64,000 bases of DNA, taken from assembly GCA_032718475.1 (NCBI GenBank), contig JAUCBJ010006078.1:1-64000 (forward strand), in the 5' to 3' direction. A program made the translations under genes and the position numbers. The first letter of the stretch is position 1. Each line of letters starts with the position of its first letter. This document shows, piece by piece, positions 50,092 through 64,000 of this stretch. Below the pieces are notes generated by a model. That model did not search any database, was not told the DNA's origin, and saw only the letters and a list, made by a program, of their open reading frames with translations. Source of the DNA: Nemertoderma westbladi. Its lineage: Eukaryota > Animalia > Xenacoelomorpha.

Positions 50092-53000
50092 GTAATCATC
50101 TACATAGAAACCGCATTGAATCATGTCGATCGCCTTAGCACTATACTCTCCTTCCTTACCTTCTACCGTATCTCTCACAGCTGTAGTCGTTGTAAATGAG
50201 GACGACTTGGCCCCCATGTTTTGCACCACCATTTTGTACATCGGTTTCTCAGACGGTTCTTCATTGCCGTTATACCATATGAAGCTTTGACTATCGCTGT
50301 CTTCTTCCATCACACGGACTTGGTTGAACATGCCTTCAACGTCACATGTGAAGGCGTGCCTCCCATTTCTGAATCTCAACAGGACCTCTATCCCTGAGTT
50401 GTAGATGTTGGGGCCCTCCAGCAGATAGTCGTTCAGGCTCTTGCCACCGTCGCATCGATGGTGGCGTCACGTCGCGTTGACGCGTCGACCACCATCCGCA
50501 GTTTACCCTTCTTTGGATCTAAAGCCACGTGCAGTGGCAGATAGTAGGTTCTGTCTGTGTTTGGTTCGTCGACTGGTAACTCCACGGCCCACCCCTTTTC
50601 AACGTATTTCTTGATTGTCTTGTGGATGTACTCATCCTTCTCGGGGCTCCATCTGAGCGTCTGTTTCAGTTTGCGAAGCCCCGTGAGTACCATCCCTATG
50701 TTATCTGGTAATGGCATCTTTGGTTGTTTCCACACCATCCCTATGGTGTACTGTCCAACTTCGCACTTCATCGACTCCTTTACACTCTCTATCGCTTGTT
50801 TATCTTCTACTGAGGTTCCAACCCCGGCCTCCTTTAATCCTTCGAAGTCCTGCTGCTGCAGCCTCTTAAGTTGTTCCTCTGCTCCTTCATCCTCCATCTC
50901 CCTCATTGTGCCTGCGAACATGCACCCTGATGTCTCCGACACCCTGAATGGAATCTTGGTTTTAATTGGGCCGCTAAGCGTCCATCCGAATGGCGTAAGA
51001 ATCGCCATCGGATCCACTGCTTATTCTCTCTGAATATGGTCCGTACTCTCTCGTGGGCCGTCGGACAATCTATTCTGACTATGATGGATACCTTTGAGAC
51101 GTCCACTTCCGGTATTGAGAAATCGATTTCGTCCAGGAACCGGTATTGCTCGACCTCGATCCTGGTGGGTCGCCTGGCATTTATATTAACCGATTCTATT
51201 ATTTGAATGGGGTCGATGGTCGCCCCATAATCACATCCTGGTGCTATTGCTGATATCTCGCACCGTCCCATTCTCATCTCCAGGACCTCATCCTTGCTCA
51301 AGATAGTAGTTACCACCATCCTACTCGGCGTTGTCTGCAACCCTATCTCTTCAGCCACCCAATTCTCCACCAGCGTGAAGGCTGCTCCACTGTCGACCAG
51401 CATCAATGTTGTGACTGATCAGCCGCTTTCTCCTATCACCCTCACCAGTACTACCCCGAGTAGTACTGTTCCCCTTCTCTTCGTTCCTATGGTGCTTGTC
51501 GCCATCGTTTGACCTTTGCTTTGACCGAATCTTATTGGTGTCTCCTTACACTGTTCAACTTTGTGTCCGCCTACCACACATCGATGACAGATTCCACTTC
51601 TGTCCGCATATTCTACCTGATCTTGTTTGGGCAACACCTGCCAATACTTGCAGTTCATAGTCTGATGGAGTGCGTTTGAGTGTAATTGGCATTTGTTTCT
51701 CGGATTATAGCCTTCTCTATACAGTGCATTGCGTATCGCTCATATATTCATACTTAGCTGTCTAGCATTCTTATTATTTGGGTTTGGCCTACTGGGCGTG
51801 TTGGGGTTATATTTGTTTGTGTTATTATTTTGTCCCTGTTCATGCCACGGTGTGGCCCTAACCCCGGCTATCTGTGGACTTGCAGTCCCCTATGTCACCA
51901 CATATGGTAGCGATTGTCTGAACTTCGGTAATGCATTTGCTGCACTATGCTCTGGTTTCAGCCTATTGTATTCGGTTCTCGGCACCCTCCACAGACTATC
52001 CTCGCTGTAGACTGGGTCCGCGATTAGTCCGCCTCGTAATTGAGGAAGTTCAACATTTCCTCTAGGCCTGGTTCCGCACCTTTCTTCTCCCGGGTGGAGA
52101 AGGCAATCTTTCTCCACTTGTTTCTTAGCCAGATCGGTAGTGCCTGCACTATTGTGGTGATGTTGTTCGAAGCGTTGAGTTCATAAGGCCATCTAAGGTC
52201 TTTAGCACAATCAGCTTTATTTGCGAAAGTCTTGATGCTGACAGTGTTATCCTGAAGTCCACCTGATGTTATTACCATTAAGGTTTGTCGGATGATCTTA
52301 GCAGGATGTCCGAATTCCCTGTCTAGGGCCCGCCATGCAGTCTTGAATCCACCTTCGCTACCTTGGTACTGCCTTACGATGTCGTATGCTGGCCCCCCTG
52401 TGTAAACTTGTAAGTATTTTGGGCACTCCGCCTGCGTCAGGTTCTTTGTTAATATTTCATTACTGTACATACGTCAGCATTGCAGATATTCCTCCAGTTT
52501 GCTTCCATAGAATTTGAACAGTTCCACTGGTGGCAGCTCGATCCTGGGCTTAAGCGCGTCGATGAGTGTTGCCACTCCCATCGCTTGTACTTCTAGTGCG
52601 CTCGATGGATGCTGTGCAGATTCCCCTGCTGCTGGGTGTGGTTTGCCCGTCAGGCCTGTCGACCTTTTCTGCGTTGGATATATCATTGGGGGTAACGGTC
52701 CCCTCCATATCTCTGTATCACATGACTTATTTTGGTCCGAGGGGTTTGGGGTTTTTGTTCTTGGTTGAGTATATTGCTGATATTGTAATGGGGGAATGTC
52801 ACCCTGCCCCCCCCCCCCCCCCCACCGGTGTTATATTTGGTATTGGGGTTGATGTTACCATGTTAGGGCCCATACATCTATCGGAAATAGCTCCCCCTTC
52901 CCCTGGGTATATATTATATCCTTGCATATTATAGTCATACTGGTGTGCAGGTACCGGTATAGGCCTATCCACTTCTTGCCTAACTACCGGTATGTATGCC

Positions 53001-54566
53001 GCGACTTCCGGATCTAATCCCGTTGTCCACGTTACCCTATCGCCTACACTATCTCTTCCAGCATGGCCTATAGTATGTGCAGTTACGGCCTACAGTATGT
53101 CCTGCAGTCTGCCTTTGTCCTTCTGGACCGAAGTTTAATCTTCTCAAATATTCCAGGAAGTCCTCCCTGCGACTACCGTACTCTCGATCAACAGCTATGT
53201 CCCATTGGGAAGTTTCTCCTCGATCCCATCTCCGGTCCTCGTCCTCATACCGGTACATCCTGCACTCTTCTCCTGGTGTGTGGTATATCTCACCAGGCTG
53301 CGTCACTCCAGGGCGACAGCAATCTCCCGGAGTTCGACCACACTGACTCTCTAACTCCATCTCTGCTACCGATGACTCACTGTCCATCCTTCCTCTCTGG
53401 TTGCTCGTAGCAACGCTTCTTTTATTCTCCCCACCTCTTCTCACTTCAGTGCAGTAATCATCCCCGTGAGATCTCGCTTCAACCTCCCAGATAAACTCTA
53501 CTGCTCCTCTTCTGTCTTCCAACAGGGCTCGACGTCTTCCCGCTCGCCCGCCCATGGCGCCAACGTCTCTCTCTCTGCCCGGTTGGATGTTCCTGGGGAC
53601 ACTCGCAATTCCCCTACTATTCTCTGTCGTTGGGTACCGTGGTTCACCTAACTCGCCGCGCGCACTGTCCGCCGACGCTTGTGGGACATTCTCTGCCCCC
53701 CCCCCCCCCTCACGCCACTAATCTCTCGTGGTGGGGTGCCCGTAGCCCCCCCCCCCCCCATTCGCCAACTCCTACTTTGCTACCTGTTACTTCGCCTCTA
53801 CGCCCCTCTCTAGTCGACGCACTATCTCTACCCTGGCTGGGTCTACTCACCCCAGCCTCTCCCTGCGCCTCTCTCACTGCATGGCCTTGCAGGCTCCCAT
53901 TGGGTTGACTCGCCCCCTCTACTCTCTGTGCGACTACGTGGCCTTGCAGGCTCTCGTTGGCCGGACCACCTGTCTCCCCTACGTTCGTATTAATTGCACC
54001 GTTATTGATAATATTATTTTGATTAATTTCCTCGGGGTTATTACCTAACGTAACGTTGTTACCTAAATTATTTAAATTATTTTGTTTGGAATTAGGGTTA
54101 TTATTTGGATTATTTTGCACATTTAAATTAGAATCATTATTTGGATTGTTTTGCACATTTAAATTAGAATTATTATTTGGATTATTATGCATATTTAAAT
54201 TAGAATTATTATTTGGATTATTTTGCACATTTAAATTAGAATCATTATTACCGGGTAAAATATTATTTCTATTTCCTGCAACAAAGGTTTGATTAGGGTT
54301 GTCTATTAGGGTACTATCAATATTAATTCCTTCTAACGTATTATTATTAAACCCCCCCCCCCTCCCCCGCCCGTACGGTTATACCAGTCCTGGGTCTGTC
54401 GTCCGGTACCTGTAAGTGGGGATTAACAAAGGTCTCCATTACTTCTGGCTCCTTGTAAATGCTACCCGAACCAGCCTCACTCTCTGATAATCCCAACTTC
54501 ACCAGATCTAACTGGCGTTTTTGCTTCGCCTGGTATTGCATAAGCCCCCTCAACCAGGTATGCATA

Positions 54567-54870
54567 TCATCCCGCATGTGCTTTCCATCTCTCTCTCTCT
54601 CTCTCTCTGTCCTCTCTCAAACTTTGGTTCGCTAATTCTGCCTCCCTCGCCTCCCACTCTCTACGCTCGTTAACTTCTCTCTCTACCCTCGCTGCCTCTT
54701 TCGCTTCTCGCTCTTTGCGCTCATTTTCTATTCTCACCTCCCGCTCTCTGCACTCGTTTTCTACTTTCGCCTCCAATTCCTCGCGCTCTTTACGCTCACT
54801 CATCTCTTTTTCCTCCCTCTCCCTGCAGTTTATCGCCACCCTCTCGGCTCTCTGTCTACATTCACTCGCT

Positions 54871-54949
<79 letters not shown>

Positions 54950-56201
54950 ATAATGCGGTTCCCTCATCTAATTGCCTCTCCAACTCCTTCTGATCCAGCA
55001 CCACAATGTCTAGTTGATACACCAGATCTATCTCTAACACCCTTTTTGTTTTCGCGGAGGATGTAGTGGACTTATCGGTTGCGACGATTATCGGTCGCCT
55101 CTCTGTCCTACTAACTTTCCCCCATTTCCTGGGGTTTTCGCTAACCGACGACACCGAATCCTTGGGATTAACCTTGGGTTCGCCTCCGTGCGGGTCCGCC
55201 CATCCCACTAACTTAATTCCCTTAGCATCCACTAAGTAAGGCCCTGTGTACACTACGTCTGGCTCCATTACCTTGGACCGCCACAATTTAAACAGTTCCA
55301 TGGCGACCCCCCTCGCTCTCTCACTCGCCAGTTCTCCCTGTCCAAAACAGACTAAATAACGAAAATGTTTAATCAACTCACCTAACCTCTGGTATAGCTT
55401 AGGCTGGTCTACCTTTCTCCCCTCCTTAGCCTCTTTGAGTAGTTTCTTGGTGGCGTTGTAGGCCCCTCGTAGCCAATCACTCACCCCGACGTCCTCTTCG
55501 TCGACTCTACCTAGTAAGGCGTAAAACCTGGTATTCTTTACATGGGCGTAAAACCTGGTATTATTTACATGGGTGTAAAACCTGGTATTCTTTACGTGGG
55601 TGGAGAACCTGGTATTCTTTATTTTGGCGGGGAACCTGGTATTCTTTACATTGGCGTAAAACCTGGTATTCTTTACATGGGCGTAAAACCTGGTATTCTT
55701 TACGTGGGCGGAAAACCTGGTATTCTTTACATGGGCAGAAAACCTGGTATTCTTTACATGGGCGTAAAACTTGGTATTCTTTACGTGGGTGGAAAACCTG
55801 GTATTCTTTACGTGGGCGGAAAACCTGGTATTCATTACGTGCGGGTCCGCCCATCCCACTAACTTAATTTCCCTAGCATCCACTAAGTAAGGCCCTACGT
55901 ACACTACGTCTGGCTCCATTACCTTGGACCGCCACAATTCAAACAGTTCCGTGGCGACCCCCCTCACTCTCTCACTCGTCAGTTCTCCCTGTCCAAAACA
56001 GACTAAATAACGAAAATGTTTATTCAACTCACCTAGCCTCTGGTATAGTTTAGGCTGGTCTACCTTTCTCCCCTCCTTAGCCTCTTTGAGTAGTTTCTTG
56101 GTGGCGTTGTAGGCCCGTTGTAGCCAATCACTCATCCCGACGTCCTCTTCATCGACTCTACCTTCTCTCCTCGTCTGGCGTCCTACCGGCAGCCCCACCA
56201 T
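54567..56201 (-). pseudogene. Family-2 gag N-terminal region with internal duplication, 27-bp minisatellite and (AG)n-encoded ER tract
   Basis: Homologous to 26980-27860; duplicated block and HVKNTRFxA repeats, all in frame. Confidence 0.65.
55519..55843. repeat. 27-bp minisatellite, ~12 copies
   Basis: ggcgtaaaacctggtattctttacatg units. Confidence 0.92.
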
Positions 56202-56446
56202 CGCCGTACCGGTGGGCCATCCGTCACCCTCGGCCTGTGGTTGGCCGTCGATTTCGGAACTCCGACCGCTGTCATCGTCATGCGTCGACTCGTCCCTCTC
56301 TCGTGGTTGACGGCCGCCCTCCGCTTGGGTAGCCGGATCGTCCCTCGTTGGTGAATCCGGCGTCGCAGGCTGATACCGTCTCGTCGCGGCCTCTCAGATG
56401 GTTTGGTTGGTGTCATCCGGGGTCTGAGGTGGTGTTCTGGTAATCA

Positions 56447-58458
56447 ATAGTATAGCAAAACTCTATGATATGGTTCTTACGAATAGATTATATGCTTGGT
56501 ACAAGCCCCTACCAGAACAAGCGGGAGCGAGTAAGGGCCGCGGTTGCTTAGAGCAGATCCTTGCGATTAGATTACTGTGCGATTATGCCAGGAAGTACAA
56601 AAAGATTTTGTACATAATATTTGTAGACTATGAAAAAGCGTATGACAATGTTAAAAGGTGTTTTATGTTTGATACGTTAAAGAACCTCGGATGTGGATGT
56701 AAAATGCTTAATGCATTACAGGCCATGTACAAAATAACAGTCGCCAACATTAACAAGCTCCACGTTATTTGTAATAGAGGCGTTCGCCAAGGATCTCCAG
56801 GAAGCTGCTACCTATTTGTAATAGTTATAGACTTCTTCGTACGCACTTTGAAACGTCTGCCTTTTGATGATTGGCTGAAATCTTTACATAGCGTACTCCT
56901 AATGGATGATACGGCAATTCTTGGAACAAGCAGACTTTCTATATTGGATAAGTTAAAAGTTCTACGTAATTTTTGTTCCCTATCTGGCATGGTAATTAAT
57001 ATTAAAAAAACCAAATTCCTAGTGATAAATGGAGCAGAAAGCGATAAAAACTCCTTTGATATCGGCGAAAAAGAAATAGTAAATACAGATTCGTACATTT
57101 ACCTGGGCTCACCAATAACTTCAGATGGTTTAATATCTACAGTAATTTCCCTCAACGCCTCTGAAAAGCAGTGTCACCTATTAAAATTTTCGACATTTCT
57201 AAATAAGAACCCAGACTTACCTTTCGTTGTGAAAAGGAAAGTTTTTGACGCCGCAGTGATCTCTGCTATAACTTACGGTTGTGAAACCTGGTACGGGGGT
57301 TCATTGGCCCCTATGTCTAAATTGTATATGTCTATGGTAAGGCTACTATTGGGTGTTCGACCTACCACGTGCGGCGACATCTGCCTTATCGAATTGGGAC
57401 TCCCAGAGTTCGAAACCTTAATCCGTGATAAACAGCGGAAATATCTGAATAGTTTTATTCCAGTCGCCGACTCTCCATTGCAGATGGCCTTGGAAATCGG
57501 CCGGGATAACAGCTCACCCATGTTTATCGAGGTGGATCGAGTAAAGAACCTCCCGTCGGATTACAGTAAAATCCAGAACGATAAGCTGAAAAATGACGTG
57601 TTTAAGTCTGTAACAACAAAACGTCATCTGTATAAGTTAGTGAATCCGTTGTTAACTTCGCCGCAATTGTACAAAGACTGCAAAGTTCCGGAGCGGTACC
57701 GTCTAGCGTGGTCGAGATTTAGGCTGGGTAGCCACAGCTTCCCCGTAGAACGAATGAGGTGGGCCAGGGTACGAGATACTGAGCGCTTCTGTGTATGTGG
57801 AGCTATCCAGACGGAACAACATATTGTTACCGTTTGCCCATTTACTGAGCGATCCAGGAGACATGTCAATGGAAGCTGGTCTGATTTAACAAGTTTATTT
57901 GGTTTAGGTAATCAAGTGGAGGTAGCTAAAATGATCGAAAGTATGACCCACGATTATTAATAAGTGACTAAGTAACAAATAGCGAATTATTTATTGGATG
58001 GAGCGCGATTCGAGTATTTAGTATAATGTAATTTTCATTTATATATTTTATGAACCTACTGACCATAATTATTTAATTAAGTGGAACATGATAAATTGTG
58101 AAAGAAGCACTGTTCTTTATTTATTTACATAATATTATTTATTTATTTTAACTATAACTTTTTATTACAATACACTAGACCCAGTATCACACGGCTTGAC
58201 AATTATTTAGATATAACATATTTATTCATTTAATTATATTAGACCCAGCATCGCACGACTTGACAGTTAATTAGAGATGTACTCGTAAGTAGGTACTTTT
58301 ATTGTGCTATTTCTGTTCGGAATTTAAATATTTAATTTTTTCTGGTAAATCTCTTTATATTATGGTCGGCACTACCGCTTCAATCATGTATACTGTTAAT
58401 TATTGTGCAAGTATTGAACTGTATAGAGAAGTGTAGACAATAAACAATCAATCAATCA
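56447..58458 (+). mobile_element. 5'-truncated non-LTR retrotransposon (RTEX-like) with uninterrupted RT frame 56470-57960
   Basis: EQAG..GRGC, FVDYEKAYD, GVRQGSP, LMDDT, YIYLG, C-terminal CxC..QTEQH..C; aataaa plus (CAAT)n tail; aatca at both junctions. Confidence 0.85.
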
Positions 58459-59081
58459 CCCCCCTCTGACTGTCGGGGTATTCCTCCTTCACTCACTTGT
58501 CTTGCAGTCACAGCTTCAGTTGTAGGTGGCTGTTTATGACTGTGACAGGATCGTTGATCCCGACCGGGTTAGATTAAGTACACGTCACCATTCTGCTGGG
58601 GCTGTTGAGCTACTGGTCGTTTTGGTTCAAGGCCGTCAGGGAAAATAACAGAGTTTCGTGTTTCTCAATATTAATGTTCCGAATGATAATAGCACAGAAT
58701 CAGTATGTAATGAATATCATGATACAGAATGACAGCATTAAATCAGTAATAAATATTGATTGGTGGCGGTGATGGTCATAAACTATAACCGGTGTGCAAC
58801 TCTGTGATTAATGAACTGACCGGTAAATCAGTAATACAGAATAGTTATAGGATTGATACACACAGATATTGGTTTCACCTCTTACTCTACTTGGCCTTCT
58901 GTACCCAGTGGATGCTTTCCTATCCCTGTTCACGTGCTTCCCTCCCTGCTATTGCCTAATATAATAATTGTCACTTTGACACCTCCGAGGTGGTTTGACC
59001 TCTCATCTCTCTCTGTGGCTTTAGGGCTTGTGTCTCCCCCCCCCCCCCTCCCAAAGTTGGTTATGAGACGAGATTATTATT

Positions 59082-62000
59082 TGTGACGGGATCAGAAATC
59101 CCGACAGGGTAAGTTGTTTATACGCATCACCGTAGGCTGAGATGATATAGATAACTTGGCCGAGGCTGTTGGAGAAAAACGTTCAGAGTTTGATTTTCCT
59201 TGCGTTCTAATATATGTATAATAATAGCACAATATAGATTGCATATGTTAATGGTAACGAGAGGTAATATATGATTGATATACCAATATATGATGACGGT
59301 GAAACAATATTACCGGTCTGCACTGAAACTGGGTAACTGACTAATTGAATCACAAACCGGTAACGAGAGGTAATATATGATTGATATACCAATATTGCTT
59401 CACTTCCTACACTACTCTGGCCTGTTACCTAATGGGTGCTCTTCTGTGCCCTACCACGTGCTTTCCTCCCCCCTTATTGGCTAATGTTCTACTTGTCACC
59501 CTTTCACTCTCTGGGAGTGTTTCCCCTCTGCTGCTAGCCTCTACTAGCTGTGTCCCCTCTGAGGTGGTTTGACCTCTAACCTTCCTTTGTGTGTGGCTTC
59601 GGGGCTTGTGTTGCCCCCCCCCCCCCCCAAATGTTGGTTGTGATACGAGATTAATATTGCTAATCTCATATTTCCAACATATTGCTGAAAATGCCACCAT
59701 CCCATTTTCTGGTGGGTAATGAGGCAGAATTGAATCTGCTTACACTCCCCCCATGCTATCTTCCCGGTGAGAAGATAGCATCAACTACCATTGCGCTTCA
59801 ATTCCGCTGGAATCCGATCTACTATCGGGCGTAGAGTGGAGTTCCTTTCTTGGAGTCGGCTTTCCAGGCCGCTCCCTCTGGGTATGATATTGCTACCGCT
59901 TCTTGGTGCAATCGCAACCTCTGTTGCACCAAGATATCTGATGTCTCTGTTCGAGACAATTGTGGACTCTTCACTAATTTTCAAAAACTCTAACTCTGAA
60001 CTCACTCTAACCTCACTCTCAGACCCCTCTGTCCCTTACTCTCTCTCTCTCACACCTCGCTCCCCACACTTGAATTGCATTCCACTCGCTTCCTCACGCG
60101 CCAACACCTCCTCTCCATACTTCCCTCGTACTCCTCTCATACTCCCCTCGGAACTTACCCCAGTCAATCGGCTTGTGGCAGACAAGGCCCATGAGCTGGC
60201 CCATCCCCACTGCTCTACAATGTCCTGTGTTCTCTACCACTCCCAAAGTGCCAGTTTTTCTTATGTTACCCCTGTCTGTGCTATCATCCTATCTACCTTG
60301 CTACTTGCTTCTTACTATGTACTTACTATGTAACTCTCTTACTACTAAATCTATTAACTCTATTAACTCTAACGGTACTATGTACCCTAATATTGCTACT
60401 ACCTACATAAGGCTGCTACCTAATACCTACATACCACACCCTTCATCTCTCACTACGTGGCGCTTGCGGTGCCCACAACCCATCTGCTACTACCTCTATG
60501 GTATACCTACATACCATACCCTCTACTCTCTTTCTATGTGGCGCTTTCGGTGCCCACAACCCCTCTGCCACTACTTCTATGGTATACCTACATACCATAC
60601 CCTCTACTCTCTTTCTACGTGGCGCTTTCAGTACCCACAACCCCTCTACTCTCTTTCTACATGGCGCTTTCGGTTCCCACAACCCCTCTGCTATTACTTC
60701 TCATGGTATGTCTACATACCACACTCCCTCTCTTTCTACCTACTTCTAACTCTAACGGTACTACGTACCCTCCTACTCCCGTGGTATGTTTATATACCAC
60801 ACTCCCTATTTTCTGACTACTTCTAACTCTGATGGTACTATGTACCCTCCTACTCCCATGAGCTGGCCCATCCCCACTGCTCCACAATGTCCTGTGTTCT
60901 CTACCACTCCCAAAGTGCCAGTTTTTCTCATGTTACCCCTGTCTGTGCTATCATCCTATCTACCTTGCTACTTACTTCTTTACTATGTACTTACCAAGTA
61001 ACTCTCTTACTACTAACTCTATTAACTCTATTAACTCTAACAGTACTATGTACCCTAATATTGCTACTACCTACATAATACTGCTACCTAATACCTACAT
61101 ACCACACCCTTCATCTCTCACTACGTGGCGCTTTCGGTGCCCACAACCCCTCTGCTACTACCTCTATGGTATACCTACATACCATACCCTCTACTCTCTT
61201 TCTATGTGGCGCTTTCGGTGCCCACAACCCCTCTGCCACTACTTCTATGGTATACCTACATACCATACCCTCTACTCTCTTTCTACGTGGCGCTTTCAGT
61301 ACCCACAACCCCTCTACTCTCTTTCTACATGGCGCTTTCGGTTCCCACAACCCCTCTGCTATTACTTCTCATGGTATGTCTACATACCACACTCCCTCTC
61401 TTTCTACCTACTTCTAACTCTAACGGTACTACGTACCCTCCTACTCCCGTGGTATGTTTATATACCACACTCCCTATTTTCTGACTACTTCTAACTCTGA
61501 TGGTACTATGTACCCTCCTACTCCCATGAGCTGGCCCATCCCCACTGCTCCACAATGTCCTGTGTTCTCTACCACTCCCAAAGTGCCAGTTTTTCTTATG
61601 TTACCCCTGTCTGTGCTATCATCCTATCTACCTTGCTACTTACTTCTTACTATGTACTTACCATGTAACTCTCTTACTACTAACTCTATTAACTCTATTA
61701 ACTCTAACAGTACTATGTACCCTAATATTGCTACTACCTACATAATGCTGCTACCTAATACCTACATACCACACCCTTCATCTCTCACTACGTGGCGCTT
61801 TCGGTGCCCACAACCCCTCTGCTACTACCTCTATGGTATACCTACATACCATACCCTCTACTCTCTTTCTACGTGGCGCTTTCGGTGCCCACAACCCCTC
61901 TGCTACTACTTCTATGGTATACCTACATACCATACCCTCTACTCTCTTTCTACGTGGCGCTTTCAGTACCCACAACCCCTCTACTCTCTTTCTACATGGC

Positions 62001-64000
62001 GCTTTCGGTGCCCACAACCCCTCTGCTATTACTTCTCATGGTATGTCTACATACCACACTCCCTCTCCTTCTACCTACTTCTAACTCTAACGGTACTACG
62101 TACCCTCCTACTCCCGTGGTATGTTTATATACCACACTCCCTATTTTCTGACTACTTCTAACTCTGATGGTACTATGTACCCTCCTACTCCCGTGGTATG
62201 TTTATAAACCACACTCCCTAATTTCTGCCTACTTCTAACTCTGACGGTACTATGTACCCTCCTACTCCCGTGGTATGTTTATATACCACACTCCCTATAT
62301 TTCTGCCTACTTCTAACTCCCCTCTTACTCTTACTAACTTCTACTGACTTTCTAACTTCTTACTAACTTACTAACTTCTACTAACTTTCTGCTACTTACT
62401 AACTTCTACTAACTTTCTACTACTTCCTAACTACTACTTACTATCTAACTATCTACTACTATTACTTTCTAACTTTCTACTATCTCACTTCATATTTTAT
62501 TCTTATTTGCTTTTATTATTTATTTATTATAATTTGTGTAGGAAGGGCTTGTCGCCCTCATTCCCACCCCCCTCAGTCCAACATTTGGACGACTAAACTT
62601 TAAGGTGCCCCTTCTAATAGGCAGCACTTTCCTACAGCCCTCCTGTAGGTCTTCCTGTCCTTTGCTCCTATCTTGCCTCCTATTCTCACCTCCACCGACC
62701 GGACTCTTCCGTGCTCATCGGGGTAAGTATCTACCACTCTCGCTAGACTCCTTCACCACCCTAAAATCGGGATTTCCAATCGCCTTCTTGATTTCCTCAT
62801 GGTCCCCTGGCAGCAAAATCCCACCCTTCATCTTGTCGTCACCTGGTGGTAGAATGAAAAGAAATCGGAAGAATAGATAGAACAGAATGGATAATACTAA
62901 TCCTATCCCTTTCCACCCTGTCTTCTTATTTGACCTCCCCCTTTTCGGTATGCCTCTCAATCGGACCGGCATCTCCTCCGGACACTTCTCTGGACATCTC
63001 GCTGTCCACTTTTCTCCATCCTCATACCGATACTTGCCGGGGAAATCCTTGTCCCATGCCATCATCTCTAGGTCTTCCGCGTCGAATCCATTCTCCCCCG
63101 CCCACTCTCTTGCTGTTACTTCCCCTCCTGAATCATCTACTGACGGTATTTCTCTGGAACTATCCTCTATCCTTTCACCACGCTCCACTATGTGTGGTTC
63201 CAGATCCATACCCAACTCCTGGTATCTTTCCCCGGACCGCTTCTCACATGGGACCTCACCATCACCCGTCTCTGGTTTCTCCTCTACGTCCTTAACGGTG
63301 CCTGATAGCATGCACACTGATGTCTCCGACACCCTGGATGGAATCTTGGTTTTAATTGGGCCGCTAAGCGTCCCTTGTGATATTGGAGCCCACACATCTA
63401 TCGGCAATAACTTCCCCCTCCCCTGGATATATGTTATGTCCCTGCATATTATAGTCATTCTGGTGTGCAGGTACTGGTATAGGGCTATCCACTTCTTGCC
63501 TGCCTACCGGTATGTATGCCGTGACTTCTGGGTCTAATCCCGTTGTCCGCGCTACCCTGTCGCCTACACTATCTCTCCCAGCATGGCCTATAGTATGTGC
63601 AGTAAGGCCTACAGTATATCCTGCAGTCTGTATGTGTCCTTCCGAACCAAAGTTTAATCTTCTCGAATATTCCAAGAAGTCCTCCCCGCGACTACCGTAC
63701 TCTCGATCGGCAGCTAGATCCCGTCGGGAGGTTTCTCTTCGATCCCCTCTCATGTTCTCGTCCTCGTATCGGTACGTTCTGTACCCTTCTCCTGGTGTGC
63801 GGTATATCTCACCAGGCTGCGTCTCTCCGGGGCGACGGCAATCTCCCGGAGTTCGACCCCACTGACTCTCTAACTCCATCTCTACTACCGACAGTTTGCT
63901 ATCCGTCCTCACTCTCCTGTTGCTCCTAGCAACGCTTCTTCCCTTCTCTTTACTTCTTCTCTCTTCAGTGTAGCGATCCTGCTCATGAGATCTCTCTTTG
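59082..64000 (-). mobile_element. BEL/Pao family 2, copy B (3' LTR 59082-59744 plus deleted internal region), inserted into the 5' LTR of copy A
   Basis: TGTGAC...TTACA LTR, PPT ggggggag|TGT, gag and pol segments homologous to copy A fused by deletions. Confidence 0.8.
60188..62190. repeat. Three ~668-bp tandem units built from shorter subrepeats
   Basis: cccatgagctggcccatcccc at ~60188, ~60855 and ~61524; near-identical ORFs recur with period 667-668. Confidence 0.9.

Larger units (their letters stand above)
29659..59081 (-). mobile_element. BEL/Pao family 2, copy A (decayed; host of nested insertions)
   Basis: 3' LTR 29659-30283 preceded by PPT (gggtgggag|TGT); 5' LTR 58541-59081 cut by copy B; gag, protease (LVDSGA) and RT (FYVDD) remnants at 49200-56200. 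Confidence 0.8.

Noticed and set aside
59791-62161. Long plus-strand ORFs (180-235 aa)
   Set aside because: Products of stop-poor C/T-rich tandem repeats, antisense to the element, with no domain features

Overview
AT-rich animal (probably invertebrate) genomic DNA. The first ~25 kb holds six phase-compatible coding exons from the 3' part of a + strand host gene with an unusual domain order: beta/gamma-crystallin Greek keys, fibronectin type II, calcium-binding EGF, tectonin beta-propeller. Its introns contain an RT-less CRE-like element, RTE, L2 and CR1 fragments, a decayed Academ transposon with nested insertions (one is a Penelope element with a minimal hammerhead ribozyme) and a TTAA MITE. 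From ~26 kb onward the window is a nest of BEL/Pao LTR retrotransposons of two families plus an RTEX-like LINE. The most notable object is a young ~17 kb BEL/Pao element (31489-~49032, minus strand). It has near-identical ~1.8 kb LTRs, no canonical tRNA PBS, a damaged gag-pol, two intact unknown ORFs in the env position, and 11 dispersed copies of a 20-nt hairpin conserved in all three reading frames and in non-coding DNA, one with a compensatory base-pair change. Family assignments rest on motif recognition only; no database searches were run.
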